This document shows positions 8,458-18,341 of a DNA stretch of 32,675 bases, one piece after another (the first letter of the stretch is position 1; the number at the start of each line of letters is the position of its first letter). The DNA is taken from sequence record NC_028896.1; one strand, given 5' to 3'. The DNA is from Escherichia phage pro147. The position numbers were made by a program, and so were the translations under genes. A model generated the notes under the pieces. The model was not told where the DNA came from. It did no database searches and was given only the letters and a program-made list of their open reading frames with translations.

Positions 8458-10503
8458 TTACACCTGTGCGACGTTATACCATGTGCCATTGATGTATTTT
8501 TGTATTGGCCTGAATACTGCGGGGTCATCACCATCGACTTCACCGACAATACCAAGCCCGGTAATTACGTGCCCTGCTTTCTCATACATCACCCCTTTCT
8601 GCATGGTCTGGACAACACGTGTGCCAAGTCTGATATCTCTCACATAGCGGGAATCAAAGTTACCGTAATCCGAGGGATTAACACGCCCCGTAATATTTAT
8701 GGTCTTATTACTTTGAATGCTTCCGGAAACAAAGCGCATAACATGGACGTTATTAGCATAAACATCCAGATTACCATCGCCATTTTGTTTAAATCCGGTA
8801 TCGTTATCACCAAGAACAATAGAGTTCCCACCCAACGCGTTATTCGTGCCAAGTGCCAGCCCGCCATCAATCCTGGCACCATTACCAACAGACACAACTC
8901 CTGTTCTTAAGTTGATGCCGAATGGCCTTAATGGCCCAATATCTCCATTTTCACCCTCATTTTCTCGTGTAGGGATGATATACAGGTTTTCTTCAGAACG
9001 GCGAAAAATAGCCCCAAAAGATGAATTAAATATCCTCAGTGCATTGACTGTAGATATTTTTACTTCACTGCTGAAAAGGGCTTTAACAAGAACATACAGA
9101 GCATCCCATTTAAGATTCATCAGGTCTTTTGTTGTGGTGCTCTGGCGACTTCTCCATTTGAAATATTCATTGCCGTTGTCACCTGTTTCAAACCACATAT
9201 ATGAATCAGTATCGCTGTCGGCATCATTTTTAAATCCAATCTTTGCCCAGTCAGTATTTCGAATCCAGGCAAGGATTGAGTCGTTTTCAAAAGTAAGCCC
9301 ACCGGACAAGGTATCGCCATTCTTTTGCACCGCGTTCCTGGCCCTGTTTACCGTTTCCTGCAAACCGAGGTATTCGATAACGGCAGTAACGGTCGCTTTA
9401 GCCAGAATATCCCGTCCGACTTTTGTCAGGGTTGCCAGGCTGGCAACATCATTCCCCGTAAAATACGGAAACCTGTCTGCCGCAGTAGCAAGCCCCGCCA
9501 GCGCCGTCAAAGTGGCATCTTTCGGTTGCTTACCCGCAAGCGCATTAGTCATGGTGGTAGCAAAATTCGGGTCATTGCCCAGCGCCGCCGCCAGCTCGTT
9601 CAGCGTATTCAGTGCGTCAGGCGACGAGTCTACAAGGGCGGCAATCGCGGCCATAACGAAAGCCGTGTTTGCGATCTGAGTATTATTCGTTCCCTGTCGC
9701 GCAGTTGGCGTCGTTGGCGTTCCGGTCAGTGCAGGGCTGTTTAATGGCGCTTTCTTGTTCGTTTCATCCATTACCGTCTTAACGGCTTTTGGTGTTGCGG
9801 CGAGCGTCTCAGACATGCTGTTGGTCGCACTACTTAGCTGGACAAGACCTTTTCGCGCTGTGGTAGCGTCCTGTGCGGTATATTTCCCGTTAGCAAGGTC
9901 ATATGCGGCCTTAACCGCTTTCGGCGTTGCGGCCAGTGTTTCAGACGTGCTGTTGGTCGCATTGCTTAACTGAGTAAAACCTTTTGCGGTCAGCGAGGCG
10001 TCCGGGTGACGTCGTGACTGTTCATGCTCTGCAATTTTGTCATCAACGTAATCCTGCGTCGCCATCACCGTTGTGGTGTCAATGGTCAGCTCCACTGAGG
10101 CCACACTGCTGACGATGATGACCATGCGGCAGGTCTGCGAACGCCCTGAGCCTTCGGCAAGGGTAGGTTTATAACTTTCGGCCATGTTCGCCACGGCAAT
10201 TAACGTTCCCGCATCATCGTACAGGCCAAGCTCTCGCATCCAGAAACCGCCCACCTCCGGCGGAATAACCAGCTCTGCGATAATATAATTACTGTTTCGT
10301 TTGTCCTGGCTGATTTTGTTCAGCGCATGTCGCCAGACTTCGTGGATAAGCCCGGTCTGTCCGGCATCCGGGACAGGCAATTTACCACCGCCATCCCCGA
10401 CGGCCATCGTGGTAATGTTGACCTTCCGCCCTCCCGGCGCGGTTGCCGCTGCCAGCTTTGCTGCACCGGCAGTGGTGATAACGGTTTTGAATTTTGTGCT
10501 CAT
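8458..10503 (-). CDS. H: Tail fiber protein H, 681 aa
   Basis: 681-aa ORF after baseplate gene I; contains the duplicated ...SETLAATPKAVK... motif and a variable C-terminal half as expected for P2-type tail fibers. Confidence 0.9.
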   Translation of the reverse strand: MSTKFKTVITTAGAAKLAAATAPGGRKVNITTMAVGDGGGKLPVPDAGQTGLIHEVWRHALNKISQDKRNSNYIIAELVIPPEVGGFWMRELGLYDDAGTLIAVANMAESYKPTLAEGSGRSQTCRMVIIVSSVASVELTIDTTTVMATQDYVDDKIAEHEQSRRHPDASLTAKGFTQLSNATNSTSETLAATPKAVKAAYDLANGKYTAQDATTARKGLVQLSSATNSMSETLAATPKAVKTVMDETNKKAPLNSPALTGTPTTPTARQGTNNTQIANTAFVMAAIAALVDSSPDALNTLNELAAALGNDPNFATTMTNALAGKQPKDATLTALAGLATAADRFPYFTGNDVASLATLTKVGRDILAKATVTAVIEYLGLQETVNRARNAVQKNGDTLSGGLTFENDSILAWIRNTDWAKIGFKNDADSDTDSYMWFETGDNGNEYFKWRSRQSTTTKDLMNLKWDALYVLVKALFSSEVKISTVNALRIFNSSFGAIFRRSEENLYIIPTRENEGENGDIGPLRPFGINLRTGVVSVGNGARIDGGLALGTNNALGGNSIVLGDNDTGFKQNGDGNLDVYANNVHVMRFVSGSIQSNKTINITGRVNPSDYGNFDSRYVRDIRLGTRVVQTMQKGVMYEKAGHVITGLGIVGEVDGDDPAVFRPIQKYINGTWYNVAQV
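9778..9989. repeat. Imperfect tandem duplication (two ~80-bp units, period 132 bp) inside tail fiber gene H
   Basis: Unit at 9778-9857 (cttaacggcttttggtgttgcgg...) and unit at 9910-9989 (cttaaccgctttcggcgttgcgg...); they encode the repeated QLSxATNSxSETLAATPKAVK peptide. Confidence 0.7.
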
Positions 10504-10513
10504 TATTCCTCAC

Positions 10514-11044
10514 TTATCCGGGGTAAACCGTAATTACATCGCCGTCATAAGCCACACCACCGGCGAACAGGTAGCCGGGAATGTCCCGGGTAATGTTCAG
10601 GCCAATAAGGTGGCGGCTTGCAGGTTTGGCATCAGCAATCAGCCGTTCCATTTCCTGATACATTGCCTCTGTGATACCGCTTTCCAGTACACCAATATCA
10701 AGCCGGAAGGTGCCTGGCGGGTCACTGTTTTCCCACCACTCCGTCACGTTAATGAGATAGCCGAGCGGCTCCACCACACGCCGGATTGCGCCGATAGTGC
10801 CTTTATGACAGTGGATGAAATAGGCATCGCGGATAACGGCACGTTTGGTCGCTTCCGGCCACTTTTCATCCCACCTGTCGACCGAAAACGCCCACGCCAG
10901 CCACGGCAGCAGATTTGCCGGGCAGGTGTCCGGGTTCCACAGTTCACGAATCCTGACCGGCGTTTTTTCAATTTCCGCACAGGCTTTTGCGGCGGCAACT
11001 TCAAGCGGTGATGAGCCGGTCGGCAGCAGTCGCGAATCACTCAT
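10514..11044 (-). CDS. I: Baseplate protein I, 176 aa
   Basis: 176-aa ORF between J and H; length and position match P2 gpI. Confidence 0.9.
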   Translation of the reverse strand: MSDSRLLPTGSSPLEVAAAKACAEIEKTPVRIRELWNPDTCPANLLPWLAWAFSVDRWDEKWPEATKRAVIRDAYFIHCHKGTIGAIRRVVEPLGYLINVTEWWENSDPPGTFRLDIGVLESGITEAMYQEMERLIADAKPASRHLIGLNITRDIPGYLFAGGVAYDGDVITVYPG

Positions 11045-11945
11045 CCGAGCCTCCGGTCACGACGCGGTATTCAGTACAGAAAGACGCCTGCGTACTGTTG
11101 AGCACAATGTCGGCCAGTGGTGCGGCCAGCTCGACACGCTGCACGCCTTCCACATGCAAAGCGGCATAAATGGCAGACAGACGGATGTCGCGCCCCAGCC
11201 GGTGCTGTGCCGTGATATACGCTTCCAGCTTTTTCACAGCGGCAGCGCGAATGGGTTCGCTTTCGGGACCAGGGTAAAGGTAAAGCGTGGCGTTTATCTG
11301 ATATTCAACGATGGCGGCAGACTGCACGGTCACGCGGTCGGCCACCGGCCTGACGTCCTCACCATTAAGGGCGTTACGCACCACAGCCAGCAGGTCTTCG
11401 GATGCGACGCCGTTATTTTCACGTGACAGCACAGAGATGGTGACACAGGCAGGAGACGGACTGGTGACAGAAATATCGGCGACACGCCCGTCAGCACTGC
11501 GACCATGATACTGATAGGCTCCCACTGACCCGGCGACGCTTAAGCCCTCAAAAGCCTGCTGAATACGCAGACGATAATCGGTGTCAGATTCCATCACTGC
11601 CGGTGTCGGCGGAATGGTCGAATCATCTGCCGGGGTGATAATCAGGCGCGTGGTGTTGTAATTGGCACCAATTACATCAAGGTCATTACCGGCAGCACAG
11701 GCCAGCATCACCGCCCGTGCGGCCTCATTCACACGCTGACGCCAGATAAGCTCACGATAAGCATTTTCCTCCAGCAGTTTGACGAGAGGCTCAGATTCCA
11801 GCGTCAGGGTACGGGCGACCGCCTCCTGCTGGTCTTCCGGGTAAAGGGAAATCAGTGTCGCCTTGCGTTCAGCGAGAATGGTTTCAAAGTCCAGCTCCTC
11901 GACCACATCCGGTGCGGGTAGCTGGTTCAGGTCGATAATCGGCAT
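11037..11945 (-). CDS. J: Baseplate wedge protein J, 302 aa
   Basis: 302-aa ORF overlapping the I start by 8 nt; length and position match P2 gpJ. Confidence 0.9.
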   Translation of the reverse strand: MPIIDLNQLPAPDVVEELDFETILAERKATLISLYPEDQQEAVARTLTLESEPLVKLLEENAYRELIWRQRVNEAARAVMLACAAGNDLDVIGANYNTTRLIITPADDSTIPPTPAVMESDTDYRLRIQQAFEGLSVAGSVGAYQYHGRSADGRVADISVTSPSPACVTISVLSRENNGVASEDLLAVVRNALNGEDVRPVADRVTVQSAAIVEYQINATLYLYPGPESEPIRAAAVKKLEAYITAQHRLGRDIRLSAIYAALHVEGVQRVELAAPLADIVLNSTQASFCTEYRVVTGGSDE

Positions 11946-11949
11946 GGTT

Positions 11950-12297
11950 TCAACTCACAGGGATGGTTAACGAAAGTGGCTGGCCGGTGTCGTTGTGCTG
12001 GCCGGTTAACGTGACCGTCATTCGCCCGTCAAAACTGCGCGCCGTAGTGACGGATGACAGGGTGACGCGGGGTTCCCATTTCAGCACCGCCATGTAACAG
12101 GCGACCTTAATCTGCAACTCAAGCGCCGGGGTCTGCGGCTGGTCAATCATTGATGCCAGCAACGAGCCGTAATCACGACGCATCACCCGTGAGCCGACCG
12201 GTGTGCGCAGGATATCGCCGATACTCTGGCTGATATGCTCAAGGTCAGTGACAGTCAGGCCATCACTGCGATTCATTCCGAGATAACGCGCTGTCAT
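11950..12297 (-). CDS. W: Baseplate protein W, 115 aa
   Basis: 115-aa ORF between V and J; matches P2 gpW size and position. Confidence 0.9.
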   Translation of the reverse strand: MTARYLGMNRSDGLTVTDLEHISQSIGDILRTPVGSRVMRRDYGSLLASMIDQPQTPALELQIKVACYMAVLKWEPRVTLSSVTTARSFDGRMTVTLTGQHNDTGQPLSLTIPVS

Positions 12298-12929
12298 AAA
12301 GGACTCCCGGTTGTGCCGCCGCTGTCGCCGGGGTGTTTATGGGTATGCAGTACCTTACCGTTTGATGAGAGTTCACCGCCGGTGTGTTCAATGTTGCCGC
12401 GCATCGTCCCGCCCTTCTGCACTTCCAGCGTGCCGGTAGTCAGTTTGTTGGTGCAGACCACTTCCGGTGTGTCCAGGGTGATGCGGGTTGATGCTTTCAC
12501 CATAACCACCGGCACCGTGGCAGTAACAGAATCAGAAGCCATCACGCTGGCCGTTTTAACTCCGCTTACCGTGAGCGCACTGGTTTCAGGTTCATACTCA
12601 ATCACCGCCCCGTCAGGGAAACGGATATGCAGGGCATCCGCCGACGCAGACGGCGCGGGGTTATCGCCGGAATAAATCCCCGGCAGAACGAACGCCGTGT
12701 CGAGTTCACCGCCCACGGCCAGAATCAGCACCTGTTCCCCCACGGAAGGTGCCCACCATGTGCGCGAACGTCCGGCGCGATGGGTCAGCCACTGAAGCCA
12801 GTCGGTGCACATGCCGCCGGTCTGCACACGGCAGCGACCGGCGTTAAGGTCGGTTTCGACGACAAGGCCGGTGCGGATCATGTTGCGCAGTGCGCGCGCG
12901 AGTTCCTGAATATTTGCGAGAGTGTTCAT
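12294..12929 (-). CDS. V: Baseplate central spike protein V, 211 aa
   Basis: 211-aa ORF, first gene of the V-W-J-I-H-G block; matches P2 gpV size and position. Confidence 0.9.
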   Translation of the reverse strand: MNTLANIQELARALRNMIRTGLVVETDLNAGRCRVQTGGMCTDWLQWLTHRAGRSRTWWAPSVGEQVLILAVGGELDTAFVLPGIYSGDNPAPSASADALHIRFPDGAVIEYEPETSALTVSGVKTASVMASDSVTATVPVVMVKASTRITLDTPEVVCTNKLTTGTLEVQKGGTMRGNIEHTGGELSSNGKVLHTHKHPGDSGGTTGSPL

Positions 12930-12995
12930 AACGGGAAGGATGCCGCCGGGTCATACCGGCGGCAATGTGACGATGAGGTGTCGGGGATGGCACAA

Positions 12996-13448
12996 CTAAC
13001 GGTCGAGGTGCGCCAGAATAATCTCTTCAATCATCTGCACATCCTCACCGGTAAAGCCGAGCAGAGGACGCGCCGGATAATCAATTTTCTTACCGTCTTT
13101 CCGGGTTTCTTCCGACAGACCGAACTGATGCACGCTGGCGATTTTCGGTGACTTCCCGCCGTAAAACTCCATTGATGCCTGTTCCGGGCTGGCGCGGATA
13201 TGCAAAAAACGACTGGTGATAAGTTTCGCAAACATTTTTCGCTTAACACGACCAGTCTTTTTTCTGGCGCTCTGCTGCTGGCGTGGCGCGTAGGGTGTGC
13301 CGTCCGGGGCTTTCTGAGCCATCACCCGACGCTGCTGACTCTGCCGCAGACGTTTCGCCAGTTCGGCGCTCAGTCGCCGACGCCCTGACGGTGACAGCGA
13401 TTCAATCAGTCCGGTCAGCCGGTCTTCAAAACGCTTAAACTCATTCAT
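12996..13448 (-). CDS. S: Tail completion protein S, 150 aa
   Basis: 150-aa ORF downstream of R; matches P2 gpS. Confidence 0.88.
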   Translation of the reverse strand: MNEFKRFEDRLTGLIESLSPSGRRRLSAELAKRLRQSQQRRVMAQKAPDGTPYAPRQQQSARKKTGRVKRKMFAKLITSRFLHIRASPEQASMEFYGGKSPKIASVHQFGLSEETRKDGKKIDYPARPLLGFTGEDVQMIEEIILAHLDR

Positions 13449-13908
13449 CCCTCTTGCTCACCAGTTCGCCATTGATATAAAGCTCCACCGGGCGGGTGAC
13501 CGGCTCCGGCGGCGTGGGTTCCGGGATATTCTTCACATGCAGTGCGCCGTCCACCTCACTGACCAGCGTGCGCTCGGTCAGCATCAGGCTGATGCTGATA
13601 TCAAAGCTGCTGTCATTGTTGATGTCTGCATAAAACGTGAAGCCCTTTTTCTGGCCTTCGTCAGTGGTCATGATGTCGGGCTGATTTTCCCGCAGCCACG
13701 CCAGCACCGGCACGATGAGCAGGTCAAAATCACCGGTAAAGTCGGTCACAATCACATTGAGCGTGTAACGCTTTTCGAATGACAGCGACGTCGCCAGTGT
13801 GGAGGCAATACTCCCGTTATCCACGAATATCCGCAGCATCTCGGGGCTGGTTTTCAGCACCGTGACGGCATCAGTCAGTGCCCTGCGCAGGCTGTCGGGT
13901 TTGAGCAT
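13441..13908 (-). CDS. R: Tail completion protein R, 155 aa
   Basis: 155-aa ORF downstream of the lysis cassette; matches P2 gpR. Confidence 0.88.
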   Translation of the reverse strand: MLKPDSLRRALTDAVTVLKTSPEMLRIFVDNGSIASTLATSLSFEKRYTLNVIVTDFTGDFDLLIVPVLAWLRENQPDIMTTDEGQKKGFTFYADINNDSSFDISISLMLTERTLVSEVDGALHVKNIPEPTPPEPVTRPVELYINGELVSKRDE

Positions 13909-14161
13909 CGTTTTCGTCCTGACAGTGTTTAATCATTTTTACCTGGCTGGCACAACGTGCCAGCGCGTTCTCAAGCTGCCGGATATCGGCACTTAAATCG
14001 CCGTTCGTCTGCGGGTCACTGCCCGGCATCGGGCAAAGGCTCACTTTCGGGCAGGCGTTGGCGACAATCACTGGCGTCAGTGCAGGCCGGACGCTGGTGC
14101 AACCGGCGCACAGCATCAGGCAGGTCAGCGCCATACCAGCGGCGAAAATCCTCGTTTTCAT
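13871..14161 (-). CDS. lysC: LysC, outer-membrane lipoprotein spanin (Rz1-like), 96 aa, embedded in/overlapping lysB
   Basis: Internal ATG at 14159-14161 gives MKTRIFAAGMALTCLMLCAGC... with a lipobox (LCAGC). It lies in an alternate frame overlapping the 3' part of lysB and the R start, as in P2. Confidence 0.75.
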   Translation of the reverse strand: MKTRIFAAGMALTCLMLCAGCTSVRPALTPVIVANACPKVSLCPMPGSDPQTNGDLSADIRQLENALARCASQVKMIKHCQDENDAQTRQPAQGTD

Positions 14162-14441
14162 TAAGTAACCTCGTGATGGTTTTCTCGCGCAGTGCTTCAC
14201 GCTTCGCGGCGTTCTCCAGTTCCTGACGCAGTGCCACCTGCGCCAGCTCGTTTTTGTCTGCCCTGGTGAGGGCAACATGAAGCTGATTTTTCAGCATGGT
14301 GATGGTCGTCTGCTGCCCGCTGGCGACGCTGTTCGCCCTGTCCAGTGAGGTGCGCAGGCTGGCATTTTCATGCTTCACCAGAAACAGCCCCGCCACCGCC
14401 AGTGATAACAACACAACCAGCACAGTCATCAGCTTTGACAT
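14016..14441 (-). CDS. lysB: LysB, inner-membrane spanin (Rz-like), 141 aa
   Basis: 141-aa ORF with N-terminal TM helix (MSKLMTVLVVLLSLAVAGLFLV) followed by a coiled-coil region; position after lysA. Confidence 0.85.
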   Translation of the reverse strand: MSKLMTVLVVLLSLAVAGLFLVKHENASLRTSLDRANSVASGQQTTITMLKNQLHVALTRADKNELAQVALRQELENAAKREALREKTITRLLNENEDFRRWYGADLPDAVRRLHQRPACTDASDCRQRLPESEPLPDAGQ

Positions 14442-14854
14442 GGTTCCCGCCCCTCAAAACGCTGACGGCAGGCCGTACGTATCAGCCGGAAGAACAGCGA
14501 CGCCACGAGGTAAATCAGCGCAGTAAAAATCCACCCGGCAGCGACCAGCGAGATAAATGTCGCCACCATCACCACCAGAGCCGCTGCCCGCCTGCGCCAC
14601 GGCACCGGCTGCAAAAACAGCGACGTGACAATCTTCACGGCCAGCGATTCCGGCGGCAGCTCCCGCCCGTAGCGTTCCAGCACATACTCCGTGGCATACA
14701 CGCCGACACCACCGGCAACCACACAGATAACCGTCGCCAGAATCGCCCAGGCAGCGACAAAACTGACGACCACGCTCTGCGGGTAAATCAGGGACAGTGC
14801 CAGCATCAGCGCCAGCGACACGTGCAGCATCAGTGAAAGGGATAATTTCTTCAT
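14429..14854 (-). CDS. lysA: LysA, membrane protein of the lysis cassette (lysis timing/antiholin-like), 141 aa
   Basis: 141-aa strongly hydrophobic multi-TM ORF immediately downstream of endolysin K, as in P2. Confidence 0.85.
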   Translation of the reverse strand: MKKLSLSLMLHVSLALMLALSLIYPQSVVVSFVAAWAILATVICVVAGGVGVYATEYVLERYGRELPPESLAVKIVTSLFLQPVPWRRRAAALVVMVATFISLVAAGWIFTALIYLVASLFFRLIRTACRQRFEGREPCQS

Positions 14855-14868
14855 GGTGTTTACTCCGT

Positions 14869-15366
14869 TTAAGCCGGTACGCCGCCAGCGGTACGCCAGA
14901 CGGTGACCAGTTTTTCCAGTGAATGCTCACGCTGACCGTAACCGGCACCCGGCAGGGACGCCCAGATATTGCGACAGCGTGAAATGGCGCGCTCAATGCG
15001 TCCCGCCCGGATGTCATCCAGTGCTCCGCGTTCGCGGATCAACTGAATGGCGAGTCTGTCCTGTGACAACGGACTAAAATCCGGCAGGGCAAGCTGTTTG
15101 CGGTAATGCGGCCAGAACAGGTAAAGCTGCTGATAGCGACCGGAGGCCGTGGATTTTTCACCGCGACGGTTAAACACCTTCGCCGGTCGGCCATGTGCGA
15201 ACGGGTGGTCACTGTAGTCGGTGAAGATTTCCGGCTTTCCGTCCAGTCCGGTGACTATCACGTCATAGCCCCGGTTTTTCGTCAGCGGATGATTCGCCGT
15301 CCCTTCGGACACGGCCAGCATGTCGAGAAAGGCCGCGATATTCTGATGCGTGTTAATTACCGGCAT
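14869..15366 (-). CDS. K: Endolysin K (lysozyme), 165 aa
   Basis: 165-aa ORF downstream of holin Y; length and N-terminal region match P2 gpK as recalled. Confidence 0.9.
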   Translation of the reverse strand: MPVINTHQNIAAFLDMLAVSEGTANHPLTKNRGYDVIVTGLDGKPEIFTDYSDHPFAHGRPAKVFNRRGEKSTASGRYQQLYLFWPHYRKQLALPDFSPLSQDRLAIQLIRERGALDDIRAGRIERAISRCRNIWASLPGAGYGQREHSLEKLVTVWRTAGGVPA

Positions 15367-15647
15367 TACTGTTTCCCCCTGCCCTTAAAACGGCGCTGAA
15401 TGGCAATCTCAATCACCTGATAACCGGCGATACCCAGCATGGAGCCGATACCGCACACCGCAGGCAGTGACAGGTCAGGAAACTGCACCAGAACAACACC
15501 GGCAACCATCGAGACAAAACCACCGAGCAACATGCGCCCGATAAACAGACGCGGGGTGATGGGTTCACCACCGGCAAGCACCTTGCCGACAACAATCAGC
15601 ACCCCAATCATGAAAAGCGACAGGACGCTTTTTTCTTCTGCTGTCAT
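15366..15647 (-). CDS. Y: Holin Y, 93 aa
   Basis: 93-aa ORF with hydrophobic TM segments and a charged C-terminus (RRFKGRGKQ), directly upstream of K. Confidence 0.88.
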   Translation of the reverse strand: MTAEEKSVLSLFMIGVLIVVGKVLAGGEPITPRLFIGRMLLGGFVSMVAGVVLVQFPDLSLPAVCGIGSMLGIAGYQVIEIAIQRRFKGRGKQ

Positions 15648-15650
15648 GCG

Positions 15651-15854
15651 TTACTCCCACAGATTGACAGTTTCAGCCACGGGCGCGGTCTGAACGTCGG
15701 GCAGTTCGACGGCGGTGCCGTGCGGCAGCACCGCACCCAGTTCAGCCAGTCCCGGATTTGCGGCGAGCACGGCCTTGAGCACGCCCTCAGTGCGCCCGTA
15801 ATACCGGACACAGATGGCGTCGAGCGTGTCGCCCTGTAGCGCAAAGGTCTTCAT
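15651..15854 (-). CDS. X: Tail protein X, 67 aa
   Basis: Internal ATG at 15852-15854 gives MKTFALQGDTLDAICVRYYGRTEG..., the P2 gpX N-terminus as recalled; the track ORF has a 23-aa extension from a GTG codon. Confidence 0.85.
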   Translation of the reverse strand: MKTFALQGDTLDAICVRYYGRTEGVLKAVLAANPGLAELGAVLPHGTAVELPDVQTAPVAETVNLWE

Positions 15855-16363
15855 CAGATTTGACTCACAATGCAGCGCGGCTTGTCCTGGATTCGCGCCA
15901 CTGCCCAGCGCATATCCCGCCACAGCTCATCAATGGTGCTGTCAATGCTGTCGGCCTTCTTGTCGCCTTTGGCACTGGCATCCACGCCGCGATAACGCTC
16001 ATAAAGCGATGCGGTCGCCATCGCACACACGGCGCGCTCGTAGTAAAAAACTTTGATGCTTTCACCGTCGATGTCGTCCGCCGGGACTTCCGCCAGACGC
16101 GTAAAACCGGCGGCAATTTTCTGTTCGCGGTACTCGTACAGCTCCGCATTCGTCTCCGCCATGCCTGACTTGATGGCCTCACGCAGACGGGCGGGGGCGA
16201 CGGTCTGCTCAAGGCGCATACGTTCCCGGACGCGCTTCGGGTCGATATCGGGAAAAAAGAACGTGTTTTTAATCACCGGCTCGTCGCCTGCCGGTTGCGG
16301 GATGACCACCGTACCCTCACCGGACACGGGAGCCTCCTTTCGCGGAATAATCAGCGTCATCAT
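15854..16363 (-). CDS. L: Head completion/stabilization protein L, 169 aa
   Basis: Translation from the internal start MMTLIIPRKEAPVSGEG... gives 169 aa, matching P2 gpL; the track ORF extends 20 aa upstream. Confidence 0.85.
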   Translation of the reverse strand: MMTLIIPRKEAPVSGEGTVVIPQPAGDEPVIKNTFFFPDIDPKRVRERMRLEQTVAPARLREAIKSGMAETNAELYEYREQKIAAGFTRLAEVPADDIDGESIKVFYYERAVCAMATASLYERYRGVDASAKGDKKADSIDSTIDELWRDMRWAVARIQDKPRCIVSQI

Positions 16364-16462
16364 GACTACCTCTGAAAAGTCGGGCGGTGGACGCCGGTGC
16401 AGTGTCAGGTGATTCACCCTCACTGACCGGCGTGCCGCCCTGGCGCGGGGCGCATTCGGTTG

Positions 16463-17206
16463 TTAACTGGCTTTCTTTTTCGGGCGTCCACGTTTTGCCG
16501 GTGTCACGCTCCGGGTCTTACGCGGGGCGCGGGTGGCCGCTTTGGGCTGCGGCTCCGGCTTCGGTTTCAGCTCCCGCTCCAGTCGTTCAATCTCTTTTTT
16601 GACACCTGCCTGACAGTCGAGCTGTGTCGCACGTTGCAGGTGAGCCAGCGCACCGGCGGCATCACCACCATCACGCAGAAGCAGACCGGTGATTTTGTGC
16701 AGCTTTGCGCGCACTTCATCAGGCATGTCAGCCGTGGCGGTCAGTTCAAGGGTCTCCGTCAGCAGGCGGGTATCCACAGACTCACCGGCAGCGTGGGCGC
16801 GCATGGCCGCTAGCGCCACCTCCTCGGTGAACATGTATGGCGGGGTGCGGCGGTGTTTACCCGGCATGGTCAGACCGTACTTCAGGGCATAACGGGCAAT
16901 CTCCAGCGCACCGCTAATATCGCCGGTATCCAGACGCCACAGCATGACCGTCATCAGAATGTCATCCTGTGCACCTTTGCCCTGCTCCAGCACGCCGTTC
17001 ACCCACGGCAACCAGAACGGCAGCAGTTCGCGTTTTTTCGCGGCCTTCAGCTCTTTTGAATAAATCGCTTTCAGTGTGCGCTGGTCTGCGGCGAGCTTAA
17101 CCAGCATCTGCTCATAGACAGTTGCATGTCGCAGCGGGGCGGCTTCCCGCTGCGCGGTCATCGCTGCCGAGACCCGCATCATGTGGCGCTGTGCGGGACT
17201 CGTCAT
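16463..17206 (-). CDS. M: Terminase endonuclease (small) subunit M, 247 aa
   Basis: 247-aa ORF between N and L with a basic C-terminal tail; matches P2 gpM length and position. Confidence 0.9.
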   Translation of the reverse strand: MTSPAQRHMMRVSAAMTAQREAAPLRHATVYEQMLVKLAADQRTLKAIYSKELKAAKKRELLPFWLPWVNGVLEQGKGAQDDILMTVMLWRLDTGDISGALEIARYALKYGLTMPGKHRRTPPYMFTEEVALAAMRAHAAGESVDTRLLTETLELTATADMPDEVRAKLHKITGLLLRDGGDAAGALAHLQRATQLDCQAGVKKEIERLERELKPKPEPQPKAATRAPRKTRSVTPAKRGRPKKKAS

Positions 17207-17209
17207 CGG

Positions 17210-18283
17210 TTACGCTCCCGGCTCTGCGGTCGCTTTAGCCAGTGTGGAGAAATCACCGACCTTAATTTTTTCCACCAGACAACCGGCGGCGTAGTCCTCC
17301 ACCACGTAATCAATGTTCATTGACTCGTAGTTCTCCACGCGGTCGAGTTTCGGGTTTTCCTCAATCACGCGGCGATGGCTGTCATCCATGTAGTAGATGG
17401 ACAGGTTTTCCAGCTTCGTGATGAGCATCGCATCCGCCGGGAAGTACGGGACGCGTACCGCTGGCAGGTTGCCGATGCGTTTCTGGCTGATGATGACGTC
17501 AGCGGCCAGCATTTCGCTGTTGTCCTGCTCCTTGTTGACGATGGGAAAATACTTGTCCGCCAGTAGCTGACGTCCCACAATCACCACAAGGTCAGGGTCT
17601 TCCTGATACCACGGCTCAATCAGGTTGTTGGTCGCATCCATCACCAGTGCATCAAGGCTGGCATAATCACCGCCCTTACCCACGCGGATGACCTCAGAGG
17701 TGGTGTGCCCTTCCTCGTCAGTGACCTTGCTCATCACGCGCGCCGGGGCTTCATTGCGGTATTTCTGCAGCCAGCCGACCGCCACATCCTGCAGCATCGG
17801 ATTGCTGCTGCGGTCAGAGGTTTCGGCACGCCTCACGCCGTTAAAACCGGCCATGATTAAATCAAGGGACTGGCGTTTGATAATGGCGTTACGGACACGG
17901 AGCTGGAAATCCTGATAACGCGCCCACAGATCCAGCGTTTTGTAGCGGATATAAAAATCGAAGTTAATCTGGTCGCATTCGTACTTGTTTGACGCCAGCT
18001 TCGAGAAGTCCTTCGGCTGACGCTCGGTGCCACCGGCGGTGTCGGTGGTGCTGGCGATGGAGCCGGTGACACCAATACCAATTTTTTCCCCTTTCATTTC
18101 GCTGACCGGCACAATGTTGATGCGGGTCAGAAAGTCAGAGGACTCCTGCATGGTGTTCATCAGGGTCTGGGTGACCGACGGTTCAACGGTGAATTTTTTC
18201 GACACATCACCGGCGTCGATGCCGTTCAGTTCGGCAACACGGGACAGGTAGGCATTAAATTTAAAGCGGGTTTCCTGGCGCAT
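17210..18283 (-). CDS. N: Major capsid protein N, 357 aa
   Basis: 357-aa ORF between O and M; matches P2 gpN length and position. Confidence 0.92.
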   Translation of the reverse strand: MRQETRFKFNAYLSRVAELNGIDAGDVSKKFTVEPSVTQTLMNTMQESSDFLTRINIVPVSEMKGEKIGIGVTGSIASTTDTAGGTERQPKDFSKLASNKYECDQINFDFYIRYKTLDLWARYQDFQLRVRNAIIKRQSLDLIMAGFNGVRRAETSDRSSNPMLQDVAVGWLQKYRNEAPARVMSKVTDEEGHTTSEVIRVGKGGDYASLDALVMDATNNLIEPWYQEDPDLVVIVGRQLLADKYFPIVNKEQDNSEMLAADVIISQKRIGNLPAVRVPYFPADAMLITKLENLSIYYMDDSHRRVIEENPKLDRVENYESMNIDYVVEDYAAGCLVEKIKVGDFSTLAKATAEPGA

Positions 18284-18341
18284 AGTTTTTCCTGAAATTA
18301 AGGGTTAATCGTGAAGGTTTTCCCGGACTGACTGACGCCGG

